NCBI RefSeq assembly: GCF_000143415.4
Contig: NW_003314287.1
Span: forward strand, 518,203-582,202
DNA: 64,000 bases
Direction of reading: 5' to 3'
From: Selaginella moellendorffii
Taxonomy: Eukaryota; Plantae; Lycopodiophyta
Both the position numbers and the translations under genes were made by a program. Positions within the stretch are counted from its first letter, which is position 1. The number at the start of each line of letters is the position of its first letter. Under the pieces are notes generated by a model. The model ran no database searches. It saw only the letters and a program-made list of their open reading frames with translations, and was not told where the DNA came from. Of the stretch, positions 35,519 to 48,779 are shown one piece after another.

Positions 35519-36823
35519 TGTAGCACACCTGAATTTGGAGCTGAACTCCAAGCCCATTGCGCTATAAAATGAGGGTCCAGTACAATCCTACAAGCACTAG
35601 CTCCCCGTATCTAGCATCTACATGTAAAATGGTGTCAGATAGTGTCTGGCACAATTTTGGCATACCAGTGGCCTAACGTGAAGAGGAGGGTACCCCACCG
35701 ACTAGAGTAGTGTGGAGCTTGGGCTTAGACCCAATTTGGACACAGAACAAGGAGTGACACAGCCTAGTGGGAGCCAAACTAATGTCTTAGGTGGTCGGAC
35801 ATGCATTTTAACCACTATCCCTACACATTTGGAACCCCCTATAGCCCCCCCCCCGAGGAACATATGTTTTGGCCTTTCACCCCAAACCTCCCTTAGTACT
35901 AGGAGTTAGTCTTTGGGACAAAGTCGATATTTACTAAATATGGAATGTCTTTAGATTGCGAATTTGGACATGGGACGAACACCATTGTGTATAGGCCAAT
36001 CTTTATAATCCATAAATATGCCAAATGAGTGAATCTAGACACTTTCCATAAATAGCATTTGGGACCGAAATGAGACTAATACAAAGGGTATAATAGCGAA
36101 AGTGTTTGGCAAACATAGTAAGCTATCATCTAGCGATATTGAGGAACTAGTTTCAATATACGAGGGTTCTTGCCAAGCCAATGCAAGACAGAGCAAAAGA
36201 GAACTAACAAGCCGGGCCAAGTATGTCTGGCTAAATAGACACTTAGAAATTCCTTCCTTATGCTCATCTAGTCAATTACAGATGTTAAGTACAGTTTACT
36301 AACATTGGATAAAAAGGGCTAATAAAGGGAACCAGCAGTATTGACCTTCTGCTGTCGTGGCAGTAAGGAAAGATTGTCCATAAAGACTGGCCGACAAGTG
36401 TCAAGACCCCTAACAAGATCAAGATTGGAAAATGCAAAAAGACAAAGAGAAAAGCTAGTGGAAACAAAGAAGAGGCCTTAGACTGGCGTTGATTCAGATT
36501 GTGGAGAAATGGAACAAGGCTAACCTATATATACTATAGGTTGATGAAGCTCCACCACTCTTGGATCGAGGACGGCCTAAATATAGCTGAGGTCGAGGAG
36601 GCGCCACATCATCATCAGGAATGTGGCTCGAGACTCAAGAATCGGGAAGTGTCTCGAGAGTCAGGAATAGGAAAGTGTCTCGAGAGTCAGGAATAGGGAA
36701 GTGTCTCGAGAGTCAGGAATGTGGTCTGCAGGTCAGGAATCCTGCGAGAGTCAGGAATGTGGCAAGAATTGGGGGATTCCTGACAACAAGTATCTTTTGA
36801 TACTCGAAGTTATCTTCATGACA
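35519..36823 (-). mobile_element. Solo LTR X interrupted by solo LTR V
   Basis: TGTAGCAC...ATGACA, matches 10808-11705; sequence resumes after the 36399-36785 insert. Confidence 0.85.
36399..36785 (-). mobile_element. Solo LTR V
   Basis: 387 bp reverse complement of 34637-35023, TG...CA ends, perfect TSD ACAAG (36394-36398, 36786-36790). Confidence 0.95.
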
Positions 36824-38545
36824 TATTGGCACTTGAGGACTTTGTGTTACACTTCAAGCTTGAGTCTTGGATGAATGCTAACACCATAGGCTTCTCATCT
36901 ACTATGAGCCTCTATAGCAAACATGCACCTAATGCTTTTTAAATTGGATAGTGTAGTTATTGATATTCTTTTGCAGCATTTGTCAAAATTAAAGCAGATT
37001 ATATAGAGTTGTTAGTCAATTTTCTCCATTCTAAATTGTTTGAGGAACTTGTCAATCATTGTAGACAATGACCATCATTCATTTGAAAGCAAGAAAGATG
37101 CTCAATCTGCTACTATTATTTTTAAGGATCTCAAGAATAATTCTTAGGACAAAGCATCTTTGGTGATTTTGTTGTATCTTAAGTAAGTTTGAAATTGATT
37201 AATGTGATTGTAAGCCAAAATACTTGATCCAAGATAGAACTTTGGGAAGTCCATTGCCCTATAAAGGATATGAATAGTTGCCACCATTGGTGTAATGTTT
37301 TAATTGTGCTCCTCTTTGGAATCTATTATAAATGATTAAAACTCATTTACCAACAACATTGTCTAATAATTAAGCTAGCGTATAAGCCTTAAGAATTCCT
37401 TTAAGTTATATGTGTCCAAAGAGAAGTTTTTATATAGCAACAACACTTGACTAATGCATATGAGTAAACATCAAACTTCTAAAATGCACCAAATGCAAAA
37501 ACTATGTACATACTATGATGTTGGTATAGAGCTTGGAGAGCTCAATCACAAGGTTTTATGCTTGCTAAACACTCAAGGATTTTAAAATCACTTTTTATAA
37601 CACTTTATAACCTCTTATACACTTACTATATATTAAATGTTCTCCATTCAAGTAAAAGTTTCTCAATCAAAAGAGATGATTAAACATGAGACATCAAATA
37701 GTTATATATACTTAAGGGCACTAAACTAAACAATAAGATGATACAAGGGGTAAATATATAAGAAAAATTTCTCAAACTTTTAAAAATTCCTTATAAGCAT
37801 AAACCAACAAAAAGCTTTAAAAAAGGACCTTTAAAATTTTTGTACACTACTGAAAACTCCTTGAAATCTCTAAACTGGGAGGAAAATGTCCACACGAGAT
37901 CTTCCTAGGAGATTCAAATCTAATCTAGTCCCTAAATCTAAAACTACACTACAAAATGAATGCACTTACCTGCTTGAGCCAAGCCAAGTAGAGACTATAA
38001 ACACATGCTTGATGGTGCTAGTCCCACGCCTTTGATCCCTTGAAGGCGGTGGGTAAGTAAGACATTGCTGTGAATAGCCAAAGAGATAGGTAGAATGACG
38101 ATGTATTGCAATGTATTTTGTATTAGGGATCTGTCTAAAAACATTCTAAGTCCTACTTTTATAGTCGCTACTGCTCACGTCAAGGTTAGGAATACAGTCC
38201 TAACCTTGAACCTCTCAAGTTTACTTTCCTAAGCTTGAATCCTCGAGCTTGTCTTTTTCTCCCTTCTCCACTCTCCCACGACTGCCTTGTGCTGCGTCCC
38301 GCAATCACTGCTCCATTGCTGCATCGTGGGTAGCTGCTCCCTCATGTGGCTCCTCCTCCTCTTCCTCCTCTTCATAAGTCTGAACTGCTTCCTCAAAGTC
38401 TTGTGATCTGAATTTGACCAGCTTCTTCCCGAGATCAGTTGCACAAACGCCTCTTCTCGAAACTTTAAACATCCAACTTGAAACAGCCACGACTTCTCTT
38501 GGACGGCTTTCAGTTTTGCTGCTTTACTACTTACTTCCTCTACTC

Positions 38546-40930
38546 CTACAGAGCTACAAAGGATGAAACCAGCTTGCCTCTGTCCCACCAGAACCTGAGA
38601 AACACACTTCCTCGTCTCTTCACCAACTTCACACCAGCCACCTTCAAGTTCAAACTTTGGCCTGGGTATACGGCTCCTCTTGATGGCTGCTCCACAAGGT
38701 TCTGAACTTCTACACCTCTTTGTTGTCTAACATCTTCTTCTTTCTTCTTCACAACAGCTTTCTGCTCCAAGCCAGCTTGACCAGCTGCTGCCTGTTCCAC
38801 GTCAAACTCTGGCACTGAATTTTTCTTCTGCTCCGTCTGCTCACAAAACTTCGGAAGCACCACCTCAAGTTCCTGCATCTGAAACTCCCTTATCCACTGC
38901 AGGTCTTCGTCTTCTTCTGCTGGTTGCTCAATCTGATCAGGCTGTTCATCTTCCACCAGGTTTTGCTTCAACCTTGCTTCAGCTTGCTCTTCCACATGAA
39001 ACTTTTCTTTCTGCTGAACAGGTACCAGCTCCTCTTGGGTAAAACTTCTTGTTTCTTGATTGTTTGATTGTTTGTCGTGTTCTTTGATTGTTTCTGGATC
39101 TTGTGCTTGCAATTCAGCTTGAATTGCTTTAAGTATTTTCTTGCTTTTCTTCCATTCGGTTTCTGGGATAATTTCCAGTTCATCATCGTGATCTTGTTCT
39201 TCCAAATTATCTGGTTGTTGATACTTGTATTGTTGTCTCGTGATTGCTCGTATTGCTGGTTCTTCATAAGTTTGTGAGTCTTCGACTTCGACCTCAACAT
39301 TCCGTGCTGCAGGTGGTCTTGCTCTTGGAGCTTGATTGTTTACGACTTGGTTATTTTCACGATTTGCATTTTGGTAAGGTTGCCGAGATCGATTATCTTG
39401 TTGTGGTGCAGGTCGCTGGTTGTAATTGTAACCTTGAGCTTGAGGTGGTCTTTGATTATAGTTGCGATATGGTTCTTGATCATAATTGTAATTTCGTGGG
39501 GGAGGACATTGGTAGTTGTCATGAGGTCCATCACGTTGCTGATATGTATTGTAGTTTCTTCCATNNNNNNNNNNNNNNNNNNNNNNNNNNNNNNNNNNNN
39601 NNNNNNNNNNNNNNNNNNNNNNNNNNNNNNNNNNNNNNNNNNNNNNNNNNNNNNNNNNNNNNNNNNNNNNNNNNNNNNNNNNNNNNNNNNNNNNNNNNNN
39701 NNNNNNNNNNNNNNNNNNNNNNNNNNNNNNNNNNNNNNNNNNNNNNNNNNNATTGGGCTCTCGACGAGAAGTATTCTCGATTCTTGAAACTTCCATTGTA
39801 TTCCTAAATTGACAATTCTTGGCTATATAGCCTTCTCTATCGCAAATTTGACATTTTGGAAGCTGAAATTTGCATTCCAAATATGTATGTCCTTCATTTT
39901 TACACTTTGTACACCACACTCCTTCCTTGAGTTCGGTTTGTGAGATTTTCCTGATTATTTCCTTCAAGTCTTGGTTTTTTTTTTATGGTTTCTTCTTTGT
40001 CTTGATGCAGATTTCTTCCTCTTCTTCATCATCTGAACTATCAGCGGTTTGTGAAGGTCCCGCTTTTGTGAATTGCTTAAATCGTTTTTCTAATGTCAAG
40101 ATTTCTTTGGAGAGTGTATCGACATTTTCTTCATCCGAATTCTCTGCTGCAGCAGTGAGTGCTACCATGTTTCTATAGATTTCTTTAAGGCCTTGTATAT
40201 AGGACAAGCTTTTTCCTTTTTCCGTTATCAAATCCTTGCAACGCTTTGCATGGAACTTAAATCTTCGAGTGTAATCTTGAATACCTTCACGTGGTTTTTG
40301 TTTGAAGTTCTTGATGATCTCATAGTGTTCTTCTTGAGTTCCTCCAGTCTGGAATTGTTCTTTAAATTGTGTGATCTTTTCATCATGGGTCATCGCATCA
40401 TCGAGTGTGTTGTGCCAATCGAGGGCTTTTCCTTTAAGTGTGTATGGGAAAAGTATTTCTCGATGCATTTTCTGTTTGTTCATCTTTACAATTTGATCAA
40501 ATTGTTTAAGATGCTGGTTTGCATCTTCAGTTTTTCCACTGGTAAAAATGGGATAGGAAATCATGTTCCCTATAGCTGTCGTTGGATTGATGATTGCCAT
40601 TTGTTGTTGTAGACTTTGTTGGATAAGTTGTTCTTCTGGTGAATTAGGATACGAGTAAAACTCTGGTGCTGTGAATTTTGCCTCTTCAAACGGCTCAAAC
40701 TCTGGGACATCTTCAATATTTGGTTCTTCTTTGTCTTCTGCCGAGTTGCTTGACTCGGGTACTTGAATTTGTTTATCGTCTTTGTCGTACTTCTTTAATA
40801 TTGTTTCTAAGATTTGTTGTTGCTGTTCTTCTAACTTTTCCTTTTCTATCTCTTCCTTTCTTACTTCTCGAGTCTTTTGTCGTAGATCTCTTTCCCGGAT
40901 CTTGATTGGGTCTGGTTTATGTTTATGCAT
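38546..40930 (-). pseudogene. Gag with two CCHC-type knuckles and a long Q/E-rich tail
   Basis: FPYTLKGKALDW...FKQKPREGIQDYTRRF capsid-like region, CTKCKNEGHTYLEC and CQICDREGYIAKNC. Stop/frameshift at an A-run near 39975; N gap inside. Confidence 0.8.
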
Positions 40931-41170
40931 TCAGTTTTCTAAATCTTCTCGACTTAAATGCCGAGGTAAACTTCCTGAATTTTGTGATTCATCTACGGTG
41001 TGTTGAATCAAATGTTGTTTTTCATAGATTGCAAAGTCAAGCTCTTATGTCTTGAGTCTTTTGCAGGTTTGTATTTTGTCATATAAATGCAAAGTCAAGC
41101 TCTTATGTCTTGAGTCTTCAATCGAGTGTTTGTTTCTCGATTCTTCCCGAGTTTCTTCTCGAGGTCACTT

Positions 41171-42097
41171 TCATGAGTCTAGCTCAGGAAAGGTCTTGTA
41201 TTTGAAAATTTTGGTGGTGTAAGTAAGCATGATTTTGTTTGTTGGAAAGAGGTCGGTTGTGTCATAAATTGATCGGTGTAGCTGTTTGCTAGTAATATTT
41301 GGTGCTACTCTCCAACTTTGGGATCGAGCAGGTATGCAAACGATTGCAACTCTCTTTAGGAGTCCAATCTTTTCTAAATTCTTGAATAATTGTTTTGGTC
41401 TCTTACAATATGTTGGTCGTACGGGAATGTGAGCTCTTACTATGAGCATTTGTGTTTCCCAGTCGATAGTAATATTTGAAAATGCTGAATACAGCAGTGG
41501 TTGTATTTTTAATGTTCTCACTTCTCCTTCTCCGATTGATACGGGTTTCCAACTTCGTGATTCCTGTATGTTTTTCTTCTCAAATGGTGTCCACACGTCA
41601 AGGTATGGATTCCAACAAATTTTTGTTGCTTTAAGCCTATGCGTGCGTGGATCTATCCAGCGCTCTTTTGCCCACAGTCCTTCCTTTATCTTGAGGTCAG
41701 TAAACTCATGTATTGCGCTTCCAACCGGTGTAATAAATCCTCTTACAAATTGTTGTCCAAGTATTTCCTGTATTTCTCTAAGCAGGAACCTTGGAATTTC
41801 TTCGTAAATTCGAGTGACAGCGTCTCAAGTATGCCACTCAACTTCTTCCTTAAGATAAATAAATTCTTGATCGATGTACACAAACGATCTCCATGAGAGC
41901 TTGAGGATGATTCTCCACATATATAATTCTTGTTTATCTTGTTTTCCTATAAACTGTGCGCTGTGTATGATAGCGCCGTTGCAAATTGGTGTATAGTTCT
42001 CCTTGTCTAATGTGTTGTGAACTAAATTAAAGATTCATTCTTGAATCTCAGATGGCAGCTGCCTGATGGCTTCTAAAAAGTTTTGAGAGTCTTGCAT
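41171..42097 (-). pseudogene. Extra ORF upstream of gag (309 codons, two TGA), F-box-like N terminus
   Basis: Single frame from ATG 42097 to 41171 interrupted only by TGA at codons 21 and 91 (both plausibly CGA>TGA). Begins MQDSQNFLEAIRQLPSEIQE*IFNLV. Confidence 0.6.
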
Positions 42098-44156
42098 CTA
42101 TCGAGGGATTTTCTCATCTCGCTAGTCTCTCGTGCAAGCCCAAAATTTCCATTTTGCGTCATTGTTATCGCTCTCCTCATGTGGGCTACAAAATTTTGGT
42201 GATTGTTCATTCTCTTTTATCATTCCTCCCCTTTGGTTCTTTCAATTTGCTGGACAAATTGTGTAATAGTCGCAAGACTGTTTCTTTGAATTCTTGAAAG
42301 CAACTAGTGCTCTGTTTTTCTTTTTTCTTTTAAACTATCGTCACTCTTTTTGGTGTCATTTTCGTGGGCTATTTCTTCTCGTTTCTTTCTCTCTTCCGTT
42401 GCGGCAATGTCATCCCTGATTCACAGTCTTGCTTTTGCTTGTTTGCAAGTGTCGCATCACCATTTTGGATAGCATTGCTTGTATGGTTTAGCACAATTTC
42501 TGAATCCACACAAAAGGCAGTCCTCGTATCTTGTGCAACTTGTATCTCCAAATGGGCAGTCGTGCTTTTTCATTCTTCCTCCATCTCCAGCCACTAGAAT
42601 TTTCCCTTAGTCGTTTCCTTATCGCAGATCCTTGGAATATTCGCTTTCTTCAACCTCTTGCCAAAAACAGTTATGTGTATGCTCCAAGTTTTCCACGACT
42701 TTGGTGGCTTCAATCTTCAAGTGTTCTTCATCTTTTGGTCTTACGCTCCATTTTTTTTTTCTTCATTCCTTCATGCTCTTCCACCGTTTTTGTTTTACGG
42801 TCTTGTTTTTCTTGATTTTTGGGGCTTTTTTCTTCCTATGCCATTTTCTTGTGCGTCTTTGGTCCATTTTCCTTGAAGTTTTGGGGGAAATGATCGTCTT
42901 GATCTGCTCTATCCCACCATGGTCGCCAGTGAAAACTCCTAGAAATCTTTGGACTGGGAGGAAAACGACCACACGAGATTTTCCTAGGAGTTTCAAATCT
43001 AATCTAGTCCCTAACTCTAAAACTACACTACAAAATGAATGCACTTACCTGCTTGAACCAAGCCAAGTAGAGACTGTGAACACATGCTTGATGGTGCTAG
43101 TCCCACGCCTTTGATCCCTTGAAGGCGGTGGGTAAGTAAGACATTACTGTGAATAGCCAAAGAGATAGGTAGAATGACGATGTATTGCAATGTATTTTGT
43201 ATTAGGGATCTGTCTAAAAACATTCTAAGTCCTACTTTTATAGTCGCTACTGCTCACATCAAGGTTAGGAATACAGTTCTAACCTTGAACCTCTCAAGTT
43301 TACTTTCCTAAGCTTGAATCCTCGAGCTTGTCGTTTTCTCCCTTCTCCAACTACTCTAAAAATCATGAAACCAAACTCTAAAAACATGTATAACAATTTT
43401 GTAAAAAAGTAAATTTAAAAATCTCACTCAAATACTCTCAAAACACTCACTAGAACTGATAAACATATATCCAAATAAAAAAATATAAAGATTTTGTAAC
43501 TGCCAATTCCTAAAAAAAAATTTTAGAGCTCGTTGAAAAGCTTTATCTAAGATTTATCTAGCCATGTAAGAAAGATTTATTTGCATTACTTAGAATTGTG
43601 TGAGAATTCCTTAAACTTTTTTTACACTCTAAATAAAAGAACCCAAGTAAAAAGCTCTATATATTGTTTGATCTTGGATTAAAACTCACATACAAGGACT
43701 CTAGAAAAAGCTTATAAGTAAATCTATCTGATAAGTTAAAGAAAGATTAAAATGGTTAGAATTAAAGTTAGCTTTTAAATACTTCACTAATTTACTCTAC
43801 TTATCCATCAATATTTACTCTAGCTTTAGACTCTCTAATTCTTATATTATCACCCACTATATAGGTATAATCGACACTAGTTTTCCTAGAGTAATCCCCT
43901 TTATTATTCCATATTAATTTACCAAAACCTAGGGTTTGGGAGAGTGCAAAGGACCTGCCAACCCTAAAAGTGGTTTCATTCATTTAAGGAAATGATTGCT
44001 TTCCCCTGAATATATTTAGCCCTAGATATATCTGACACTTTAAACATTTAATTTTTTGGTGAGATAGTTTTGACAGGATCTTGTTATCCATCTTAGAGAA
44101 GATTATTTTTGAGATTTGCACTGAAAACAAAACAAGAGAAGACGAGAAGTTCTTAC

Positions 44157-44214
44157 CATGGAGTTCCAGGGGATGTAGACGTCGGAGACAGCCGCGGCAA
44201 AGTAAAACATAGCA
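44157..44214 (-). pseudogene. Orphan exon fragment resembling phosphopantothenate-cysteine ligase (PPCS/CoaB)
   Basis: Translates AMFYFAAAVSDVYIPWNSM followed by donor GTAAG; the FYLAAAVSDFY motif is characteristic of eukaryotic PPCS. The 5' side is cut by LTR Z. Confidence 0.55.
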
Positions 44215-45571
44215 TGAGACATAAATCCCAAAGCCCCAAAAGTGGAGCCAAAAGGGTGCCATGTGGTAGTGGCTGAAGCAAAAGCCAAACAAGAGTAACA
44301 CATTTGGACAAAAAACTCTGATTTGAAAAGTTGAGAGTAAGAGTGGAACTCTCAATGAAATGCTTAAGGAATGAGCATGAAGCAAGCAATAAGTGAATCT
44401 CTAGAAAAGGGATACAAGAGGACCAACACATGACATGTGAAAGTGTTAAGATGGAGTCCGAGATAGACCTAAGACAAAGTCCAAAATGGAGTCCAAGATG
44501 GACTTGAGCTGGAGTTTGAGACGGACCCGAGATGGAGTCTGAGATGGACCCGAGATGGAGTTTGAAATAGACTTGAGATGGAGTCTAAGATGGAGTCCAG
44601 GATGGAACTGAGACAAAGACTAAGACTGAGACCAAGTCTGAGTCTGAGTCTGAATACTAATACAGACTGTTGGTCAAAGTCGTCCTCTAGAGAGGTGGGG
44701 GGGGTTGGGTTGTAGGGGGTTCCAAAAGTATAGTAGGGAGAGTGTGGGGGTTGGATTCCAATGGAACCAATTTGGTTAGAAGAGGCTAGTGTGGCCCAGG
44801 AAGGCTATACCTATATGTTGCTCCCCCAGGAGATTGAATGGTTGATGCTCCCAATCCAAATGTGGGTGGCACTACTTACTTGGATACCTGGCGTGGCTCA
44901 TCAGAACTTTGCTTTAACCACCTGGCTAGGGCACCCAAAGGCGGATGGTGGAAAGAGTACCCATGATGCTCCCGTAGGCCCATAATGTTTTGAAATGTCA
45001 TCCCTAAGTCCTACATTGTGGAAAAGAAGAAGAGTAATCCACTTATGTGGTGACCAAGGATGTGGCCATGCAGTAAGGAAGTCCTAGAGGTCATTGGGAC
45101 ATAGTGGTTAGGCCTGTGAGCCTTAACCCAATGGTAGTGTTAGCAAACATGGTCGTGGACAGAGAGGGATTTAGTAGGGACTAAAAAAGGAATTTTGGGG
45201 AAAGTTGTTCCCCATGTCTATAGGCATCCTAAAGATGCTAAGGAATGGATCTGGGATGATCACTCATAAACGAATGGCTTAGTCTTTAAGAGACGGGACT
45301 GTGATGTAGTGGTGTTGGACCACCAGTATAACAAAGGTGAATGGGCATGGCCTTAGCATAATGGGGTGGTACCTTTGGGTGTCGGTCATGAAATCAAATA
45401 CATAGAGCATTTAGACCAAGCACAAAAGTTGAGTGGCATAGATGCCATTCTCGAGGTTAGCAAATCCCCAAGTCTAGAATAGAATTTATGGATGTTGAGA
45501 GTGAGACTCCTCTATGTGGTTGAAGTTGTGGTCAAGTGACTAAAGTATAATGGAAAAATTAGTTACTTACA
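44215..45571 (-). mobile_element. Solo LTR Z
   Basis: TG...CA ends, 12-bp GAGTCCGAGATG-type array at 44450-44650; partial copies at 4134-5110 and 47865-48255. No TSD found. Confidence 0.7.
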
Positions 45572-46254
45572 ACCTAGTGCCTATTGATAAACCCATTAAG
45601 CTATCTATATAGGATCACTAGGTGATTCCATAACTGATAATTAAGGATAAGTTCTTTGGTGGGTTAAGGAACAATGTTCCTAATTCAAAGTAGTGATTTG
45701 AATAAATAATATGGTGTGACTTGGTCAAGATGACTAAATGGGAAGGACATCTAAAGGAAATGAGCTATAACAATATCATGGTATGGTGAGTCTAAAAAAG
45801 TATTCTGTAAAAAAGACCCATAAAAAGGTCATAGAGTTGGAGTGTGGATAAAGCCTACAGTAGAAAATATTAAGGAGATTTATTAGGGGTGAACACCCTC
45901 TAAACTTGGCAAAGCAAAGCTTTTTCTATAGAACCAAAAGGATACTTCAAGGATGGAAGTAATGATTGTATGTTGCTTAGTACAAATTCAAAGGATAGGA
46001 GTGAAAGACTAGTGGTCGAGAAGGGGCTTTGCAAATTACTAGAAGGAATCCAAATTATAAGTTAGACAAGGAACCACCATATTGTGGATATTAACGGATT
46101 GTGGGAAAAAAAAAAGTTTTTAAGGATGGATTTCCCAAATGCTTCAATATGGCAAACATGAAAGCTATAAGAAAGGCGAAGTAGCCAAATAATAGAGTTA
46201 TGGACAACTCTAGCATAAATCATGAATAAGTGGAACTTAGTGCCTAGGGTGGCA

Positions 46255-47150
46255 GCCTCTTCAGTTTCATTTCAGCATGCGTGACAGCCTCCAGTGATGA
46301 GGTACAAGATGAGAGAATGGGACACACTGTGGCTGCCAGTGGACGGCATTGAACTCTTCAAGAGAGATCCCATAACTGGGGAACCTATGATTCCTCAGGG
46401 TTCCCCACGGCTGATGCATCCGGATGGACTCAAAGACCAGGAAAGTATAGTGGCTGGGATTAGACAGCATATTGCCTTCTGGAAGAGGGGGTTGGTGTTT
46501 GGTGGAGAATCCTATTTTAAGAGGTGCAAGCCTTTGCTTGAATACTGGGAGAAGATTATATCTGCTATCCAAAATGGGCCGGTTGTATATGAAGAATTGG
46601 AAGAGTCCTTTTGGCCAGAACCCAGAGCACCAGATAGTAGCGGAACAATGTCCTCTGGAAATGTAGTGACAGATAATGATGTTGAGGATCACTATTGTGG
46701 GCCAAAGAACAAGAAGCTGGATTCAGCATTCAATCCGGTACAGGTCTGCAAAGGAATGGTCGTGCTTGTCAGACCCAGTAATAAAAAACAAATGATATGG
46801 GTGGGGCGCTGCATCACTGATGCAGAGGAGGACGCGGAAACTAACTCCTTNNNNNNNNNNNNNNNNNNNNNNNNNNNNNNNNNNNNNNNNNNNNNNNNNN
46901 NNNNNNNNNNNNNNNNNNNNNNNNNNNNNNNNNNNNNNNNNNNNNNNNNNNNNNNNNATAATGTTGTGCATGGTTGGATGTGGAAGTAGAGTGCCACCAT
47001 CACCTTGCCAGACCATGCAAGAGATGCAGCAAGAGCATTCATAACCCGGGTTCAAGGTGAGATTCATTAATATTCCTTTACTAAGTTTCTAATGTATTTT
47101 ATTTCAAGGTGAACAATCCGAATCTGAATCAGAGGAGGCGTGATGGCATG
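46255..47150 (+). pseudogene. 3' remnant of a transposase-like or unknown gene
   Basis: Open, protein-like frame PLQFHFSM...MRYKMREWDTLWLP...VLVRP...IWVGR across an N gap, with a possible short terminal GT-AG intron at ~47058-47108. Family not securely identified. Confidence 0.4.
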
Positions 47151-47864
47151 GTGTGATGGCGTGAGGTGTGACACCAAAAAGGAGGTGTCCACTAGCACTT
47201 AGGCTTATAATGGCGTGTGCCCTCATGCCATTTACTTAATCACCAAATATCTTTCTCCCTTTGCACTAGTATATCTTAATACCGGTCTGAGAAATAGAAT
47301 GGCATGTGCCCTCAAGCCTTTTACTAAATCACCTTTGAAAGAAATGCAAGCCTCTATGTCGTAAAAAAAAGGTACTAGAGAAATTCCTTAATAATATGAA
47401 TGTTATTTAGTTTCATGAAAATACACTAAGGGTCAAATGAGTTAAATGACTTCTCCAGACTAGCAATGCCTCTTGCTACACCTTCACAATTAGATTCGTT
47501 AGAAAAAGATAACATTGAATAATATCTAAATGTTCCCACCATTAAGTTATATGTCTGGCTAATAGGAATGACGTTCATCTTGGAAAGCTCACCACACGCT
47601 CAATGAACAAACAAATAGTGTGTGCACGCATGCCATCGCTCTTCTTTAGCTTCAGATTCGGCTTGTTCACCTTGACAATGAGATTTATTATACAACCAGA
47701 TGGACTCAGTCTGGACACAAAGTCATCGCGCTAGTCACCATGCCCCAGATATGTCTAGCCTCTGGACAAAAAACATATAATTTCACGTCATTTTCAAATA
47801 CTTGAAAATTTGTACCTAGTCCCATTTTACTGAATAAATCCCACTTTAACGAAATAGAGCTTTT

Positions 47865-48255
47865 TTAGGACTCCATCTCAGATTCTTTCTTGGACTCTAT
47901 TTCAGACTCCTTCTCAGACTCCTTCTTGGACTTCATTTTGGATTCCTTCTCAGACTCCTTCTTGGACTTCTCCTTAGACTCCATTTCGGATTCCTTCTTG
48001 GACTCGATTCTAACACTTTTATATGTCACGACACTTATCATGTATTAGTCCTTCTTGTGTCCCTTTTTACAGACTCATTCACTGATTGTTTCATACTCAT
48101 TCTTTGAGCACTTTTTTCAAAGTTCCACTCCCGTCCTCAACTTTCCAAGTCAAAACTTTTGGTCCAAACATGTTACGCTTTGGACTTCCATTTCGACCCC
48201 TACCATATAACACCCTTTCAGCTCCACTTTGGGGCTTAGGGATTTGTGTCTTACA
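47865..48255 (+). mobile_element. Partial LTR Z end
   Basis: 12-bp repeat array, then sequence inverted relative to 44215-44450, ending GTCTTACA. Confidence 0.65.
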
Positions 48256-48779
48256 CCTTCATCAAGTGTTTAGCATGCTCCTTTAGTGTTTCACTATAGA
48301 TCAGGATGTCATTAATATAAATGACCATGAAGTAATCCACATAAGGTACAAAAATGTGGTTTATTAGTGCCAAGAACATTATCAACGTATTACACAACCC
48401 AAAGTACATCACTAGGAACTCAAAGCTTGCATCCCTTATCCAATAGATTGTCTTATCAACATCTTCCTCTGCTGTCCTAATTTAATACTATTCTAACCTT
48501 AGATCAATTATCAAGAAGTATTTTGTCTTTCCCAACTTAGCAAACAAGTCTTATTTATTCTTCTTCTTATACAATCAATTGCACATATCCATAGAGTGGC
48601 AAATCACTACCTTAGCACCCTCAACAAACTCAATCTTATATTTTATTGGTCAAATAGAGGGTAGTCTTGCCGATGACTCCTTTAGTATGGTATCTCAAAA
48701 TTAGTCTAACATCTACTAAATCACAAAAGACACTTTCTATACTTCTGTTTTTTTATCACTCCTCATTAAGAGTAAGCAT

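Larger units (their letters stand above)
37851..43349 (-). mobile_element. Complete pol-less LTR retrotransposon (420-bp LTRs) with gag and an extra upstream ORF
   Basis: LTRs 37851-38270 and 42930-43349, TG...CA, TSD ACTAC. PBS TGGCGACCATGGTGGGA at 42928-42912. Purine tract at 38271-38279. No PR/RT/IN motifs seen. Confidence 0.92.

Noticed and set aside
34931-35557. 208-aa host gene
   Set aside because: The ORF starts in LTR X and ends in LTR V, so it is a chance read-through; the middle is an unassignable fragment.
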